Shown: piece by piece, positions 1-14,100 of the stretch | Numbering within the stretch: the first letter of the stretch is position 1 | Layout of the letters: each line of letters opens with the position of its first letter | Assembly: GCF_048593235.1 (NCBI RefSeq) | Contig: NC_133617.1 | Location: 72,934,937 to 72,998,936, forward strand | Direction: 5' to 3' | DNA from: Sminthopsis crassicaudata | Taxonomy: Eukaryota | DNA length: 64,000 nucleotides | Translations under genes and position numbers: made by a program | Notes under the pieces: generated by a model | What the model was told of the DNA's origin: nothing | The model's input: the letters and a program-made list of their open reading frames with translations, nothing else | The model's database searches: none

Positions 1-344
1 CTCTCCCAAACTCTTAAGTGAGCCAACCCCTTCTAGTGCCTCCATGTGCCCCTGGCACACCACCTCATACGCCTATCCCACCAAGACCTGCCATGCTTTC
101 CTTTCACTCCCACCTTCCCAATATTTCCTCCTAATCTGTACTTTTGTCTTTGTCATCCGAGCTAGACCTGGTTGGACTACCCGTCCCGGGGCTCTGGGCT
201 CAGACTCGCTGTCTTTGGACCAGCCCTAGCTTCCAGGGGCAAGGTTTTCAGTGCCTCCACTGTCTGTCCTACAGGAACCCTGGGTGGGGGGTAGTAGCTC
301 TGTCCTCGTAAATATGACTGTCCCCTGAAATCTACATTTGCTGA

Positions 345-350
345 ATTAAA
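345..350 (+). terminator. ATTAAA poly(A) signal followed by T-rich sequence; probable 3' end of the upstream gene (RAVER1 by synteny)
   Basis: ATTAAA at 345-350 followed by GTTTTTAAGT/TGATTTT. No RAVER1 coding sequence is visible; the assignment is inferred only from human gene order RAVER1-FDX2-ZGLP1. Confidence 0.4.
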
Positions 351-639
351 GTTTTTAAGTAAAATGATTTTAACAAAACTGGCGCCTGACTGATTCTTTG
401 ACCGGCTAGCCACGGTTTACCCAGATGTTGCCCATGCTTCAGATTCTAAGCTTCAGTTCGGAATTCACACCTTGCATAGTTGTGACATTTGTCTCCAGTC
501 CCACATCACTCGGTTGAATTTAACAGTTGTATGCGGGAAGCGTTTATGTAAAAGTTCATTGAGCAGCAGGCGCGATCAAAAGGCTGTACAAACTATTTTA
601 GGGGAAAAAATCCCAAACTCGAAAATTCACGCATCCACC

Positions 640-2552
<1,913 letters not shown>

Positions 2553-2902
2553 TGGGAAGCACCAGCGGGGGCCTGGAAGCACCTGCAGCTGCTGGACACG
2601 TGGGTCTCTTCCTCAGGCCTTGGTAGCTGCCTAGGTTGAGCATAGGACTCCCTTAATGGACATAGCTCACCTCTTGCCCTACTCTTCTCGTGCCTAGCCT
2701 GCTGACCAAATATGGCCAGATCGTGGACACCTTACGCGGGACCAGAGGGGGCACAGGAGAGAGATCACAAAGAAGTCTCCCTTTTCTTGGGAGGAATCTA
2801 CACTTACACTTTAGAAGAAAATGTCCCTCTCTTGCTTCAGTTCTGGCAGAGGAGGGGGTGGGGCTCCTGGGCTCCCAAACTGGGGGTGTCTATTAGAGCC
2901 AT

Positions 2903-2908
2903 AATAAA
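2903..2908 (+). terminator. FDX2 poly(A) signal AATAAA
   Basis: First AATAAA after the FDX2 stop, about 350 nt downstream. Confidence 0.7.
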
Positions 2909-3479
2909 ACACTTTACTCACCAAAGTCTGTCAAACCTCTTTGGGACAGAGTGGGGCTTTAGGAGGTTTTTGTCATAATTCTATCACCATCGCCCTGACC
3001 AACAGGTTAAGTTTAAGAAGAGAGGATTTTAAATTGCAAGCCTCTCAGGGGCAGTGGTCCAACAGGAAGAAGAGAAGGGGAAGGACTTGCCAGAATTAAT
3101 CACACCTGCAAGCAGAATCGAGCTAAAGTGGAAATGTAGGTCCTCTGGCTCTGGGGCAGCCCTGAGAAAGGCTGGGGCCCTCACCCAGTTATCTTGGCTC
3201 TCCTATTTGGGGGAAAAGTGGAGTTTTCTAGCAGATGATTAGGATGTAGTGGTTAACATTTACATAATGCCTTATGGTTTACAATTAACCCGGTAACATA
3301 GATGATAGTCTGATAATATACTGCGCTGATCGAGGACAATGGCATTGCTGGCCCAGGTGAATCAGGGATTTTAGAAGCAAAGCCAGGACAGGATTCTGGG
3401 TCTCCAGTTCTGTGCTCCTCCCAGAGTGGGAAGGTCGAATGAGATGAATTTAAGACACCCCAGAAATCACCCCCCACCT

Positions 3480-3487
3480 TATAAAAG
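3480..3487 (+). promoter_or_regulatory. TATA box (TATAAAAG), candidate ZGLP1 core promoter, followed by a GC-rich segment to about 4000
   Basis: Consensus TATAAAAG about 310 nt upstream of the Kozak ATG at 3797. Confidence 0.5.
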
Positions 3488-3796
3488 AGGAATCGGATTC
3501 ATAGCAGCGCCCTGCCCAGTGATCCCAAGCAGCGAGGGAGCTCCGCGGGGAGCTCTACAACGACCGGCCTAGGCCAGAACTGTAGGCTATCTAGGAGGAG
3601 ACTGTGGAGTAACAGCCCAGGCCTGGCCGGGACCGGCGGGCCCCGAAGCCAGGGGGTCCGGCTCTCCCAGGATGGGGTGGGGCCTTGGCAGTGACCACGC
3701 CCTCCTCAGCTGCGGCCAGTTCTCCCCAGGCCGAGGGCGGGGGCGGGATCTGGGCCAGAATAGCCAGAGGTCGGGGTGGGGTCTCCGGCCCTCGCC

Positions 3797-5839
3797 ATGG
3801 AGGGGGAGCCCACCCCGGACTTTTCTGTCCTGCGGGACTTGTTGGCTCCTCCCTGCCTGGAGCCCGAGCTCCAGGGGGTCCTGGCGCTGCCTAGCTCTTC
3901 CTGCGCCGGCTCCTTAATCCTGCGCCGGGAGAACCGGGGCCCTGCAGAAAGCAGGTGTATGAGGGCGCGGACCTTCCCCCCACCTCTTCGCACTCCCCTT
4001 TGGGACAGGGAGGACCGCCCGAGTAGCCTTTCCATCCGGGATCCTTGGGGTCACCCCGGGGACATTCCCTGGGTTCTCGAAGCAGGGTCAGCCAGGGGCC
4101 ACTCCCTGGGGGCCTCGGGTTAGTCTGTGGGCCCTGGGGGAGGGGCAGCTAATCCCATTGCCTGCTCGCTCTAGGACTCCTTGGCTGGCCCTCCCAGCTG
4201 CAGTGACCGGCCTGCGCTTTCTCCAGGAGACAGCAGAGCTGCTCCCGCAGGCTCCTGTGCCAGAAGCCCCCCGAGCTGAGCCCTGGCTGGAGCCACCACT
4301 GCCCCCCAGGGCCTTGGCCCCCCTGCCGGTCCCTGGGGGTCCTCGAGCCTGGGATGCTGTGGACTCACTGGCCCTCATCAGCCTTCAGTGTCACAGGCTG
4401 AGCCCCCCGAGGAGCAGGAAGCAGGTGGGGCTGGGAGCGGGACTGGGTAGGGGACCTGGCCTCCAGGCCCTGGCAGGCAGGACCCTCCGCAAACAGCCCC
4501 GCCCCCAACGGGGAGCCGAGGGGCAGGAGCCGGGATTCCAGGGTGTGGTGCTGAGGATGCACCTGAAGCCTGCTCAGGAGGGGCACCAGCTGCTAATCAC
4601 TGCCCAGTTCAGGTATCTCGGGGCACCCAGCACCCTCTTCCTCACATGTCGTGGCCCAGGGCTGACTGCTGCCCTGACTGAGAGACGGGACCGCAGCGTG
4701 GGGATGAGCTGGCGTGGGCAAAGGTGGAAAGCTCAGGGAAGGAGTGATTCTTCTCATAAATAAGCCCGGGAGCTGCTGGAAACAGCGGTGACCCCCGGGC
4801 CTAAAGCACCTCCGCTTCCCCTGCAGTTCCGCCTGTGCTTCCCGGAGCTGGGGGGCCTCAGCTAGTCCCACCGAGGCCTCGCCCAACCCCATGGGGGCAT
4901 CCGCGGCTAACCAGCAAGACTCCCCAGGTACGGGGGGGGGGGGGGGGAGGGGAGGGACAGCTTTCTGGCCCACCCCTGGGTGGGAGGCTTTCAGAGGCTG
5001 GAAGCTAAATCCTGCTGGATCCCACCTGTCCACCACCCTTCGCTCTCCCCCTCACTGTCGCAGTGGTCACCCGGATTAAAGCTGGGAGGGGGGGATGGGC
5101 CATTTCTATGGGCCCAAGGCATCCAGTCAGACTGTTCCCTCCTCACCCTCTGACCTTTCAGGGAGCCGGTGCTGTGCCTCCTGCCGAACCCAGAGAACGC
5201 CGCTATGGCGAGACGCGGAGGACGGGACCCCGCTGTGTAATGCTTGTGGCATCAGGTACCAGCTGGGCCAGCGGCAAGGGAGGGGAGGTGACCCCGGCGG
5301 GCCCAGGACGAGGAAGGAAGCTTTGTTCTGCTTGGGACGGGCCTGCGAGAACCCTGCTCCTCGAGGGCCTTGGAGAGTCAGGGGGTTCAGGGAGGGGGCG
5401 CAGGGCCAGGAGCCAAGAGGACTCCAGCTGCCTCATCTGTAAAAGGGATGATCAAGCCTGCCTCTTGGGGCTGTGTAAGCATGAGACTTGCTCTGAAAAC
5501 TTTAAGTGCTGTAAGTGCTTCTTGCCAACTGCTACCCATCCACCTACTGCCTTATACAGATATAAAAAGTATGGAATCCGCTGCCCTGCCTGCTGGACTG
5601 TGCCCAGGAAGAGCATCTGCCCACTTGGGCATTGTACTCGTTGTGGGGCCTGGCTCTGTAGCCCACAGGGCCCCCTCGGGAAAGGTGAGGAACTGTCCCA
5701 GGCCCTGACCCTGTGCCAGACCCGCCCACCTGAGTTTCCTCATCCTGTTCTTTTCCCTCCATCCCCTTCCTCAGCCCCTGGACCTCCCCTCCCCCTAACC
5801 ACACTGGGAGGAACTTTAGCTGGAGAGGAATGTGGATGA
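3797..5839 (+). CDS. ZGLP1: GATA-type zinc finger protein 1 (GLP-1): exons 3797-3954, 4175-4612, 4827-4927, 5162-5255, 5560-5839 (356 aa; 326 aa if 5685-5774 is spliced out)
   Basis: GCCATGG start; DLLAPPCLEPE resembles the mouse N-terminus (ELLAPPCLDTE); TGLRFLQE and RKQPRPQRG..EPGFQGVVL motifs; GATA finger CASCRTQRTPLWRDAEDGTPLCNACGIRYKKYG; GT/AG junctions with consistent phases. Confidence 0.93.
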
Positions 5840-6136
5840 GGGTTCATGGGACTGGGAGGGCTGGGGAGGACTCTACATCTGCCATATTTATGATTCCTCT
5901 TTCCTTCCCCTTTGCCCCCAAGGGACTGAAGGCCACGATTCCAGTGTCCAGCCTCGGATGCCCCGGCTCCATGGGGAGAAAGAAAAGAGCTTCCCCAGAG
6001 AAATTGCAGTAAGGACAGGAGAGGGAGCAGGGATCCCCGCCGGCTTGGAGCGTAGCCCTGATGAAATGTGGATTCCTGTTCCAGTGGGAAGGCCAGAGCC
6101 ATGACCTCCATCACCCCCTTCACATTAAAAATCAGA

Positions 6137-6142
6137 AATAAA
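6137..6142 (+). terminator. ZGLP1 poly(A) signal AATAAA (ATTAAA also at 6124-6129)
   Basis: First canonical hexamer, about 300 nt after the stop. Confidence 0.6.
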
Positions 6143-7954
6143 CTAGATCTGTTCATGCAAAGGACAAGTGTCTGATTGGGTGGCGAAAGGCCTGACCTTA
6201 TTAACTTTGGCCCTCACCTTTTTCCATTCTTCCTCTCAGATGTTCCCTGAAACAATTCCTTCTGGGCTCTTTGGGGGAGGGGAGAGGGAGGGTGCTGTAC
6301 ACAGATGGCTATTTTCCATCTCTTCAAGGAAGCTCTTGCTATACCATCAGACTCGCCAAGGGAGTTCCCAGCCTTAATTCTGACAACAGGCTCTGTCCTT
6401 CTGTCTGGGAATTTGTTAGGGTGGGAACAGCAGAGGAAGTTGGAGGGAGGAGTAAAAACCAGGGGGAAAGCACCAGCTGATGGGCGGGCATTTGGCCCCT
6501 TCCTTGCAGAAGTGAAGCTCTCCGTCCTGCTGGGATCTCCAGCCCAGGGGCGGGGATGGGGAAGGCAGAGGGGGAGGGGCTTGGACTGAGGCTCCTGCAG
6601 ATGGGAGGCAGCTGACTGGGGCTGCCGCAGGTACGCATGGAGCCTATCATGTCCTAGCAGTACTCTTCTTCCCCTACCAGGAGTCAATCATATCCAGAAA
6701 TGAGGACTACAGAAATGTTACTGGGCACAAACTGACGTCCCTCGGGGTTGGGAAGGTCAGTGTTGTAAAAGCAGAGGGTGCTTTGTTTTGTTTTTTACCG
6801 GTTATTTCAGGGGCCCCTGTCTAGAGACAGGAGAGACAAAATAGCTGTTGACCCATTACCTCAGTTTACCTACTTATGACATGGGAAAAATGATCCTAAA
6901 GGATCGTGCCTCAAGCTCCTAGAGGGGCTGGAAAAGAAAGGATAAGGGGAGAGAACTCCCCTTCCCTCCTTCAAGCATTGAAATTTTTCTCCTTGTGTCC
7001 TTCCTTTTCTCTACCGTAGTTTCTGGACTTTAGTAGCTTCTCAGGCAGAGTAAACTGAGGTAAACTTTGGAGCTGGCTCTTCCACTAACTTACTTTGTGG
7101 TGGTTTAACTTTGTCCTCCACGGCCACTCTTAATCCCAAGCGGGCTTCTAGGAGAGACTCCCAACTTGCCTCTGTGGGGGGGGGGGCGGTCCTACAGGAC
7201 CTTGGAGGGCTGAGGGAGCCGCTCTGGCCTCCCACCTATCAGGGCCAGAGAGGGGGCAGAAGGCCTTGCCCAGAGCTGCCTGCTAGGTTTCACTCCCTCC
7301 CCTTCTCGCTCACGCCCAGGCCAGAGGAAGCTGCCAGAACAGCCTCGTGGGTCTGGCCGGAAGAGATAGCATGGAGGAGACAGACTGGCCCCGCTAAGGC
7401 TGGGTTGGCGCTGATGCTCCCAATCTGAGCCCCTCGGAGCCTGAGGCCGGGCCGGGAAGGATTGGAGGCTGGGAGCAACCACCGGAAGGATGTGTTTGCC
7501 CTGGCCGCAGTAGGATGGTTCCCTGCCCCTGGAGCTCTCCCAATGCAAGGCTCCGGTGTCAAAGTTCCTTGACTGAAGGCCTAGGAGGGAGGAGGGGAAG
7601 GGTGTGGTGCAGAGATGCAGGATCCTAGGCCCCAGCCCCAGAGCTGGAAGGACTCTGAGTCCAGTCTCATCTCCTCCTTCGGAGAGTCTGATACCAGAGG
7701 CTGGAATTAGGGGCCTAGCCAGTACCCGGTGGGGGTCACCCCCCCCCCCCCGCCGCCCCCAACTTCCGCTGCTTTCTACCCCACCTGGCTGCCTTGGAAA
7801 CACAGCAAAGACAGAAATAGAAACAGACTCACACTAAGAGGTAGACATAGAAACAGACTTCCCCACAGAAAAAGATGGACAGAAAGGGAGGTGCAGAGAA
7901 GGGGGGCGGGGAGAGGGTGGGCAGACACAGCTGACTTGAGTCATTTATAAAAAG

Positions 7955-7960
7955 TTTATT
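7955..7960 (-). terminator. ICAM5 poly(A) signal AATAAA
   Basis: TTTATT on the + strand, about 170 nt beyond the ICAM5 stop. Confidence 0.7.
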
Positions 7961-8127
7961 AAAGGATAGAAAAGGCAGGGGGCAGGAGGTGGGGGCTTCG
8001 AGGGGTCCTGGATCACAGCTGTCTTGGCACTCAGACTCCATAAATACATCAGTTAATAAATATGTGCAGGAGGGCTGCCCACCCGGCTGGGGACAAGGGT
8101 ATGGGAAATCCTGCCCCAGGCAGGGGC

Positions 8128-11100
8128 TCACGTGGAGGTCAGCTGGATGGAGTACACCTCGGCCCCTCCCCCCTCGGCCTCAGCCCCGGTGCCCGAGGTG
8201 CCCGCGGTGCCCGTGCCCCCGCTGCCACCCCCAGCCCCGCTCCCGTTCAGACACACGGCTTCCCCGGAGCTCTCTGCCTCTTGCACGTTGTACTCTCCTT
8301 TCTTGCAGGCGGTGGACTGGAGGTAGTAGGAGAGGCCGCCCAGGCCAGCCAGCAGCAAGGCCCCTCCGGCCACTCCGCCCACGACAATCCACAGCCAGGG
8401 CCCTGCAGACAGCCAGGGAGGGGCCGGGTCACTGAGACGCATTCCTGGGGCCTATGGCCCTTCTCCGTGGGCTCCCCCCTCCCCAGGCTCCTTACCAGCC
8501 ACGTGCACGGTGATCCGCAGGGCATGGCTGCCGTGGGGGTTGGTGGCGGCACACTCGTACACGCCCCCGTGGCTGCCCAGGGCGCCGGCCACGCTGAGGG
8601 TGCTGTTGTTGCCCGAAAGGCCGATGTTGGAGGCGCCCGGTGGCGTGCGCCAGCTGTACTGGGCTGGGGGGGAGCCTTCTGCCCGACAGGTCAGCGTGAA
8701 GTTGCCCCCAGGTTTCACACTGCCTGGGGGCACGGCCACCAGCTCCGCTACCAGGGGCCTGTCTAAAGGTGGAGAAGCCCCTTACCCCCAGTCGGACCTG
8801 GCCTGGGGCCCTCCCCCCTCCCCCGCCCCCAGCCCTTCCCAGCTCTGGTCACTCACACTCCACCCCAATGGTCACCATCCTGGTGTCTGAGCCGTGGCTG
8901 TTGGTAGCTACACAGTGGAAGGTCCCGGCATCCGCCCGGGAGACGCTGGGCTTCTCGGGCCGCCGGGGGCCCTCCCGGGAGCACCGGACGCTGGGAGGGG
9001 GGTTGCCCTGGGCCTCACACGTCAGCGCAGGCGCCCGGCTCCCCTCCAGCCACGTCTGGTGGCTGGGGCAGCTGGCCTCGTCCATCTGCGGTGGGGCTAG
9101 AGGGCAGCCGGATTAGCGTGATGGCACTGGTGAGCGCCCTTCCCCTGCCCGGGCCCCCACTTACATTCGGCCCGGATGGTGACGGTCTTGCTGGCCGAGC
9201 CTCGGCTGTTGGTGGCGTTGCAGTGGTAGAGCCCGGGGGCGGGGTCGTGCCCCAGGGGGGCGCCCCGGGAAGGGGAGAGCGTCTCCTCCTGGCTCAGGTT
9301 CCCAGCCCTGGCACACAGCACCTCCGGCTCTGGGTTCCCATCAGCCTCACAGGAGAACTGGTGGTCAGAGCCCTTGACCCAGGTCCAAGCACCGGGGCAG
9401 CCAACCTCCCGAAAACTGGGAGCATCTGCCCGGGACGAGAAAGCGTCAGGCCCCAAGGGGCTCCGGCCGCCCCCCCCCCAGGTCCTTCCCCTCTCCACTC
9501 ACACTCCACAGTGACAGACATGTTTGTGGAGGCAGAGCCCCAAGGGCTTGTGGCCACACAGTGATAAGTGCCCTTGTGCTCCCTGGTGAATAGGAGCAGT
9601 CTGGCCCCAGAAGGGTGCAGGTCACAGTGGGCCTCGGGACCCCCAGAGCCCAGCAGCTCAGCACTTCCTCTGTCCCCTCAAGCCATGTCTGTTTCTCGGG
9701 CAACCTGACTGATCCAGGACTGGCCCATCTGGTAGCAGAGGGGAGGGCGTTGGGGGAGGGAAGGAAAGGTTCCCCCCACACTTTAGTTGTTGCCAAGTGG
9801 GGACTTTGAATGATGGGATGAAGTCATTGGGAAGTGACAGCAAAGTTTAAAAACCAAGAACCTCAATAAAACATTTTTCTGAAAATAGAAGGGTCCAGCC
9901 CTTCTCCTCTGCCGGACTGCGCCATCCCAACTGGCCAATGTCCAGCACTCTGGCCGTGCCCCCTGACCCTTTCCCCAGTCTCCGCCGCCCCTCTTGGGAC
10001 GGGGGAGCCCTCCCTCCAGAGGGGCTGGGTGAGGGGAGGTACAATGGCCCCGTGTCACTCACACTCCACCACCACCGTCACATCCTTGGTTGTCTTGCCC
10101 ACCAGGTTGGACGCTGTGCACTGGTAGGTGCCTGCATGATCCCTGCTGATGGGCAGGGGGAGGCCTAGAGGGATGGCCGGCCCCCCTTCTGGCCGGACGC
10201 ATTCCACAACTGGGCTTGGATTCCCTGGGGCCCAGCACTGCAGGGTAGATTCCATCCCCTCCAACCACGTCCAGTTCCCCGGGCAGCCCGCCTCGTCCAA
10301 TCGTGGCCCGTCTGGAGGGAAAAAGGGGAGTTCCCTGTCGGTTGTGCAAAGTTCAGGGCTGAATCTCAAAGTGGATCTGACTCAGTTCTACACAAAAGGC
10401 CTGGAGGCTCGCAAGTAAGAGACAAAATCAGCGTGAAGTGGTGAATCACAATTATAGTCTGGACTTTTCCTTTTTAAGATACCCAGGGGGTGAAATGATT
10501 TGACCTAAGGTCACAGGAATTAAAGTCTGGGGCAGAAGTGAGGTAGAGTCAGAGATCAGAAATCAAGAGAGGGGCAGTTAGGATCAGAGATTCTTTCTTT
10601 CCTCATTTCTCATAGATTTTACCTTTCTGGGACTTCTAACATTCAAGCCAAATGATCCCTTAGAACCACAACCAGGATTGTAAAAAGCCCAAGATGAGAA
10701 TCACTTAAAAGAATTCAAAAAAGCCTAGAAAGAACACTTGGATGGAATATCGGTGGCTCATTTGAAAGATGTCAAATGGAAAAAAAGAAACTTGTTATAA
10801 AATCAAATGGACAGATTTTGGGTTGATGTGGGGAATGATTTCCCTAACTGAATTCTCCAAAAGTGGGATGGACTGTCTGAACGAATTCCCCTCTCCCACC
10901 CACCACCCCCAAACTGGAGCTCTTCCTCTAAGCAAAGCTTGGGATTAGCCACTTGGGCCAGGATGGGTTAAACTCAATGGTCTCTGGACTTGTACTCTGA
11001 GATTTTAAGATACTTGTCTGATTACTTTTCTTTAGTCCCTTTTGCTGGATCATTAGTCATATCACACTCCCAAAGCAATTGTATATTCCCTTAGTGATCT

Positions 11101-14100
11101 TTCATTCCCATGGAGTTAATGATTAGTTCTACTCAGATAATTTCCTATTTAATACACCCAACACATGTACACAATCCTCATCTGTCTCCTGAACTGACAC
11201 CCTTCAGGGTCTTCTGGCTATTGTGTATCTCTATGGTTCATACCATTAACATACGGTTCTTACTCTATTCAGTGTGACCTGGTTTGCAGATCTGTTCTTA
11301 ATGAGATGTTTAATTCCTCCCTCTGACACTCACTAGCTGTGTGAATGAGTACCTGTAGTAACTAACTAGCCTTTGTCAGACTCAAATGAAATCTTGTATG
11401 AAAAGCATTTTGCAACTTTGAAACATAAAAATCAAAGTAATTATTCTTGCTCCAAGCCCATCCTCCTTATTTGAGTTTGAAACCAGCTCCATCCTTCTAG
11501 TTACACTGACTAGTTAATTTGAAATCCTCTTTGATTCTTCCCTTCTTCCTCTCATATCTAATCATTTGCCAAGTCTTGGCAGATCCCAACTGTATGACAG
11601 CCTCCCCATCTGTTCTTTTCTTTGAATCCCTAGGACCATCATTTTATAGCACCCTTATTATTTTTCATCTGGGCTATCATAATAATAATTATAATAATTA
11701 GCATTAATATAGTGCAATGCACTTTACAAATATTATCTCTTTGATTTTCATAAAAAGCCTATGAGATAGATCCTATTATTATCCCCATTTTACAGATGAG
11801 GAAACTGAGCTAAATCAAGGTTCAGTGACTTGTCCAGGTTCACACAGCTATCTTAAGTCTGAAGCCAAATTGAATCTTCCTGACTGAAGTTTCAGCTCCT
11901 TAGCATTGCACCATCCAGCTGGGATAGTCTTCTAACCAGTCTCTTTACATCAAGGGGTCCTTCCAACTTTTAGCCTGTATTTCTGTGATGTCATCCACCT
12001 GCTCCTTATTGTCTCCAACAACTCATTCTAGCAATAAGAATCCTGCAGTCACCTCCCTCTGTCACACTCTTCCCCATCATGATCCCCAAATTCCAGTTTC
12101 TTCCCTTTTTGTGGGGGGGTGAGGCAATTGGGGTTAAGTGGCTTGCCCAGGGTCACACAGCTAATAAGCTGTTAAGTGTCTTAAGGCTGGATTTGAACTC
12201 AGGTCCTCATGACTTCAGAGCCCATGCTCTATTCATCTAGCTATCCCCTTTCTTCCTTTTTTCAGGGCTTAGATTATCTTCCTCCTTTTTGCCTATTCTT
12301 TCTTCTTTGATTCCCCGGTTAATTTTTTTTCTCCTCAAATTATATCCCTTTAGTTTATTTTCATGGAAGCTGTAGTTTGAACCCCTTTCCCCACCATTTT
12401 TGTTTGGAACCCCAGGACTTTTTACAGTTGAGTGCCTTGTTGGAAACAAGATTGTCCTGGCTCTATTCATGTTGCAGAACTTGCTTAGATGAGTTTTGAC
12501 TCTTGTTATTGGGCTCAGGTCCAAAACCCTTCCTCCTTTTTATCTGTTTGTAATAAGTATTTCTGCTCAAAATGCCTTGAGAAGATACCTTGGTTGCTAG
12601 CTGGCAAGGTGATTCAATTACATTAAAAGGAGTCAGATTTGGATGTTAGGAAGAGCCTGTGGGAATATTGATCAGCCATCAGAGACAGGGGTTGAGGGAT
12701 AGTGAAACAGGTGCACTCACATAGAACTTGGAGCTCCAGGCTTTGGTTCCGGCGAAGTATCTCTCCCTTCACCTCCAGGAGAGCTTCGCAGGTGAACACC
12801 CGCTCATCATCCTCTTCACTAGCAGTCAGTGTGAGCCAGGCTGGCTCCCCTGGGGGTGGTTCAGGAGCCCCATCCAGCCGCACCTGGGCACCTGGACGGG
12901 CTTCACAAGTCACATTCACAAAAGTGCCTTCCCTGACACTGGGTTCACTGGTTGTGAGGTTGGGTTGAGGAAAGCCTGGAGGAAGGGAAGCCATAGCTCA
13001 TGAGTCCAGAGGTCAAGATCTTAGCTTCCCTCCCCAGCTTCCCCTTTAATCTCCTAAGGGCCAGCCCTTTCCCCTCCTGTCACCTCCTTACTATAGACTG
13101 TCAGGTTTCCTTGGGCCTTTCGATTCTGTCCTCCTAGAGTCACGGTACAGGTGAGTTCCTGGTCCCCCTCATCCTCAACTTCTTCCTCTTTCACAGTGAG
13201 AGTAGCCATAGCCGTTAGCTTGTCCCCATCCAGGATGATCCTGGGGCTTAACGTCTGGCTCCCTAGAGCCAGTTGTATGTGGGCTTCATCAGCAGGGAAC
13301 AGCTTGTCCATCTCACAGCTCACCAGCTGCTCCCTGCCGAATTCCAGGAGCCTGGGGAATTTGAGGCTAGGAGGCCCTGGGGCCAAGTCTGTGAGGACAG
13401 AAAGAAATAAGGAAAGGAAAGCTAGCCCAGTGAAAGGGGAGGTGAGTGGACCTTGCTCTTCTGAAAGAGTTAGGGTCCAGGGTCAAAGGGGAAAATTGGG
13501 GCTGCACATGGGGTGAGCACAGACAAATTTAGCGTCATCCAACTCCGGAATCTTCCCAAGTTCTTCCCTGGAGCCAACAGCTCCCCTAATAGGGATCAGA
13601 AGCTAGCCCATTCCTTCCCACTCACCAAATGTGTGGAGTTCCTGTGGGGTGGAGCTGTTCTGAAGGAGCCCCAGTCCGTGGGGCCTCAGATCCAGTTCAG
13701 CAAGGCAAGAGAAGTTGGCTCCGTGGTCTTCCTTTCGGGCAGTGGCCGTGTACGTGGCCATAGCGCCCCTGGCTCTTGGAGATTCTCCTGGGAACCTCCG
13801 CCTGCTCAGTTCCTGGGCTCCTCGAAGCAGAGTGACAGAAAGGCTACTCCGGGGTCCAGCTCCCGGAACCCTGCAGCTTAGAGTGAAGTTTTCACCCACA
13901 GGTAACCAGGCAGGCAGTGGCTCCAGTTCCACTCGATCTGGTCGTTCTATGGGCACAGGGGCGTAAGGAATGGGAATGGAAGGGGAGAGGGAATAGAAAG
14001 AAATGTGAGATGGAGAGGAGAAAGGTACAAAAGAGCCCGGTGAAAGGCTGGAAGAAGGAGGGGGATGCCGAGTCGGAATGGAGAAGGGCACAAGGACACG

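Noticed and set aside
7192-9564. Several long ORFs (7192-7803, 8062-8766, 9091-9564 and others)
   Set aside because: GC-rich shadow frames of ICAM5 exons or intergenic DNA, with low-complexity Pro/Gly/Arg content and no homology.
12240-12600. Purine-rich exon-like stretch (95-aa ORF) in ICAM5 intron 5
   Set aside because: No splice sites in the right phase, no Ig features and no recognisable source gene.
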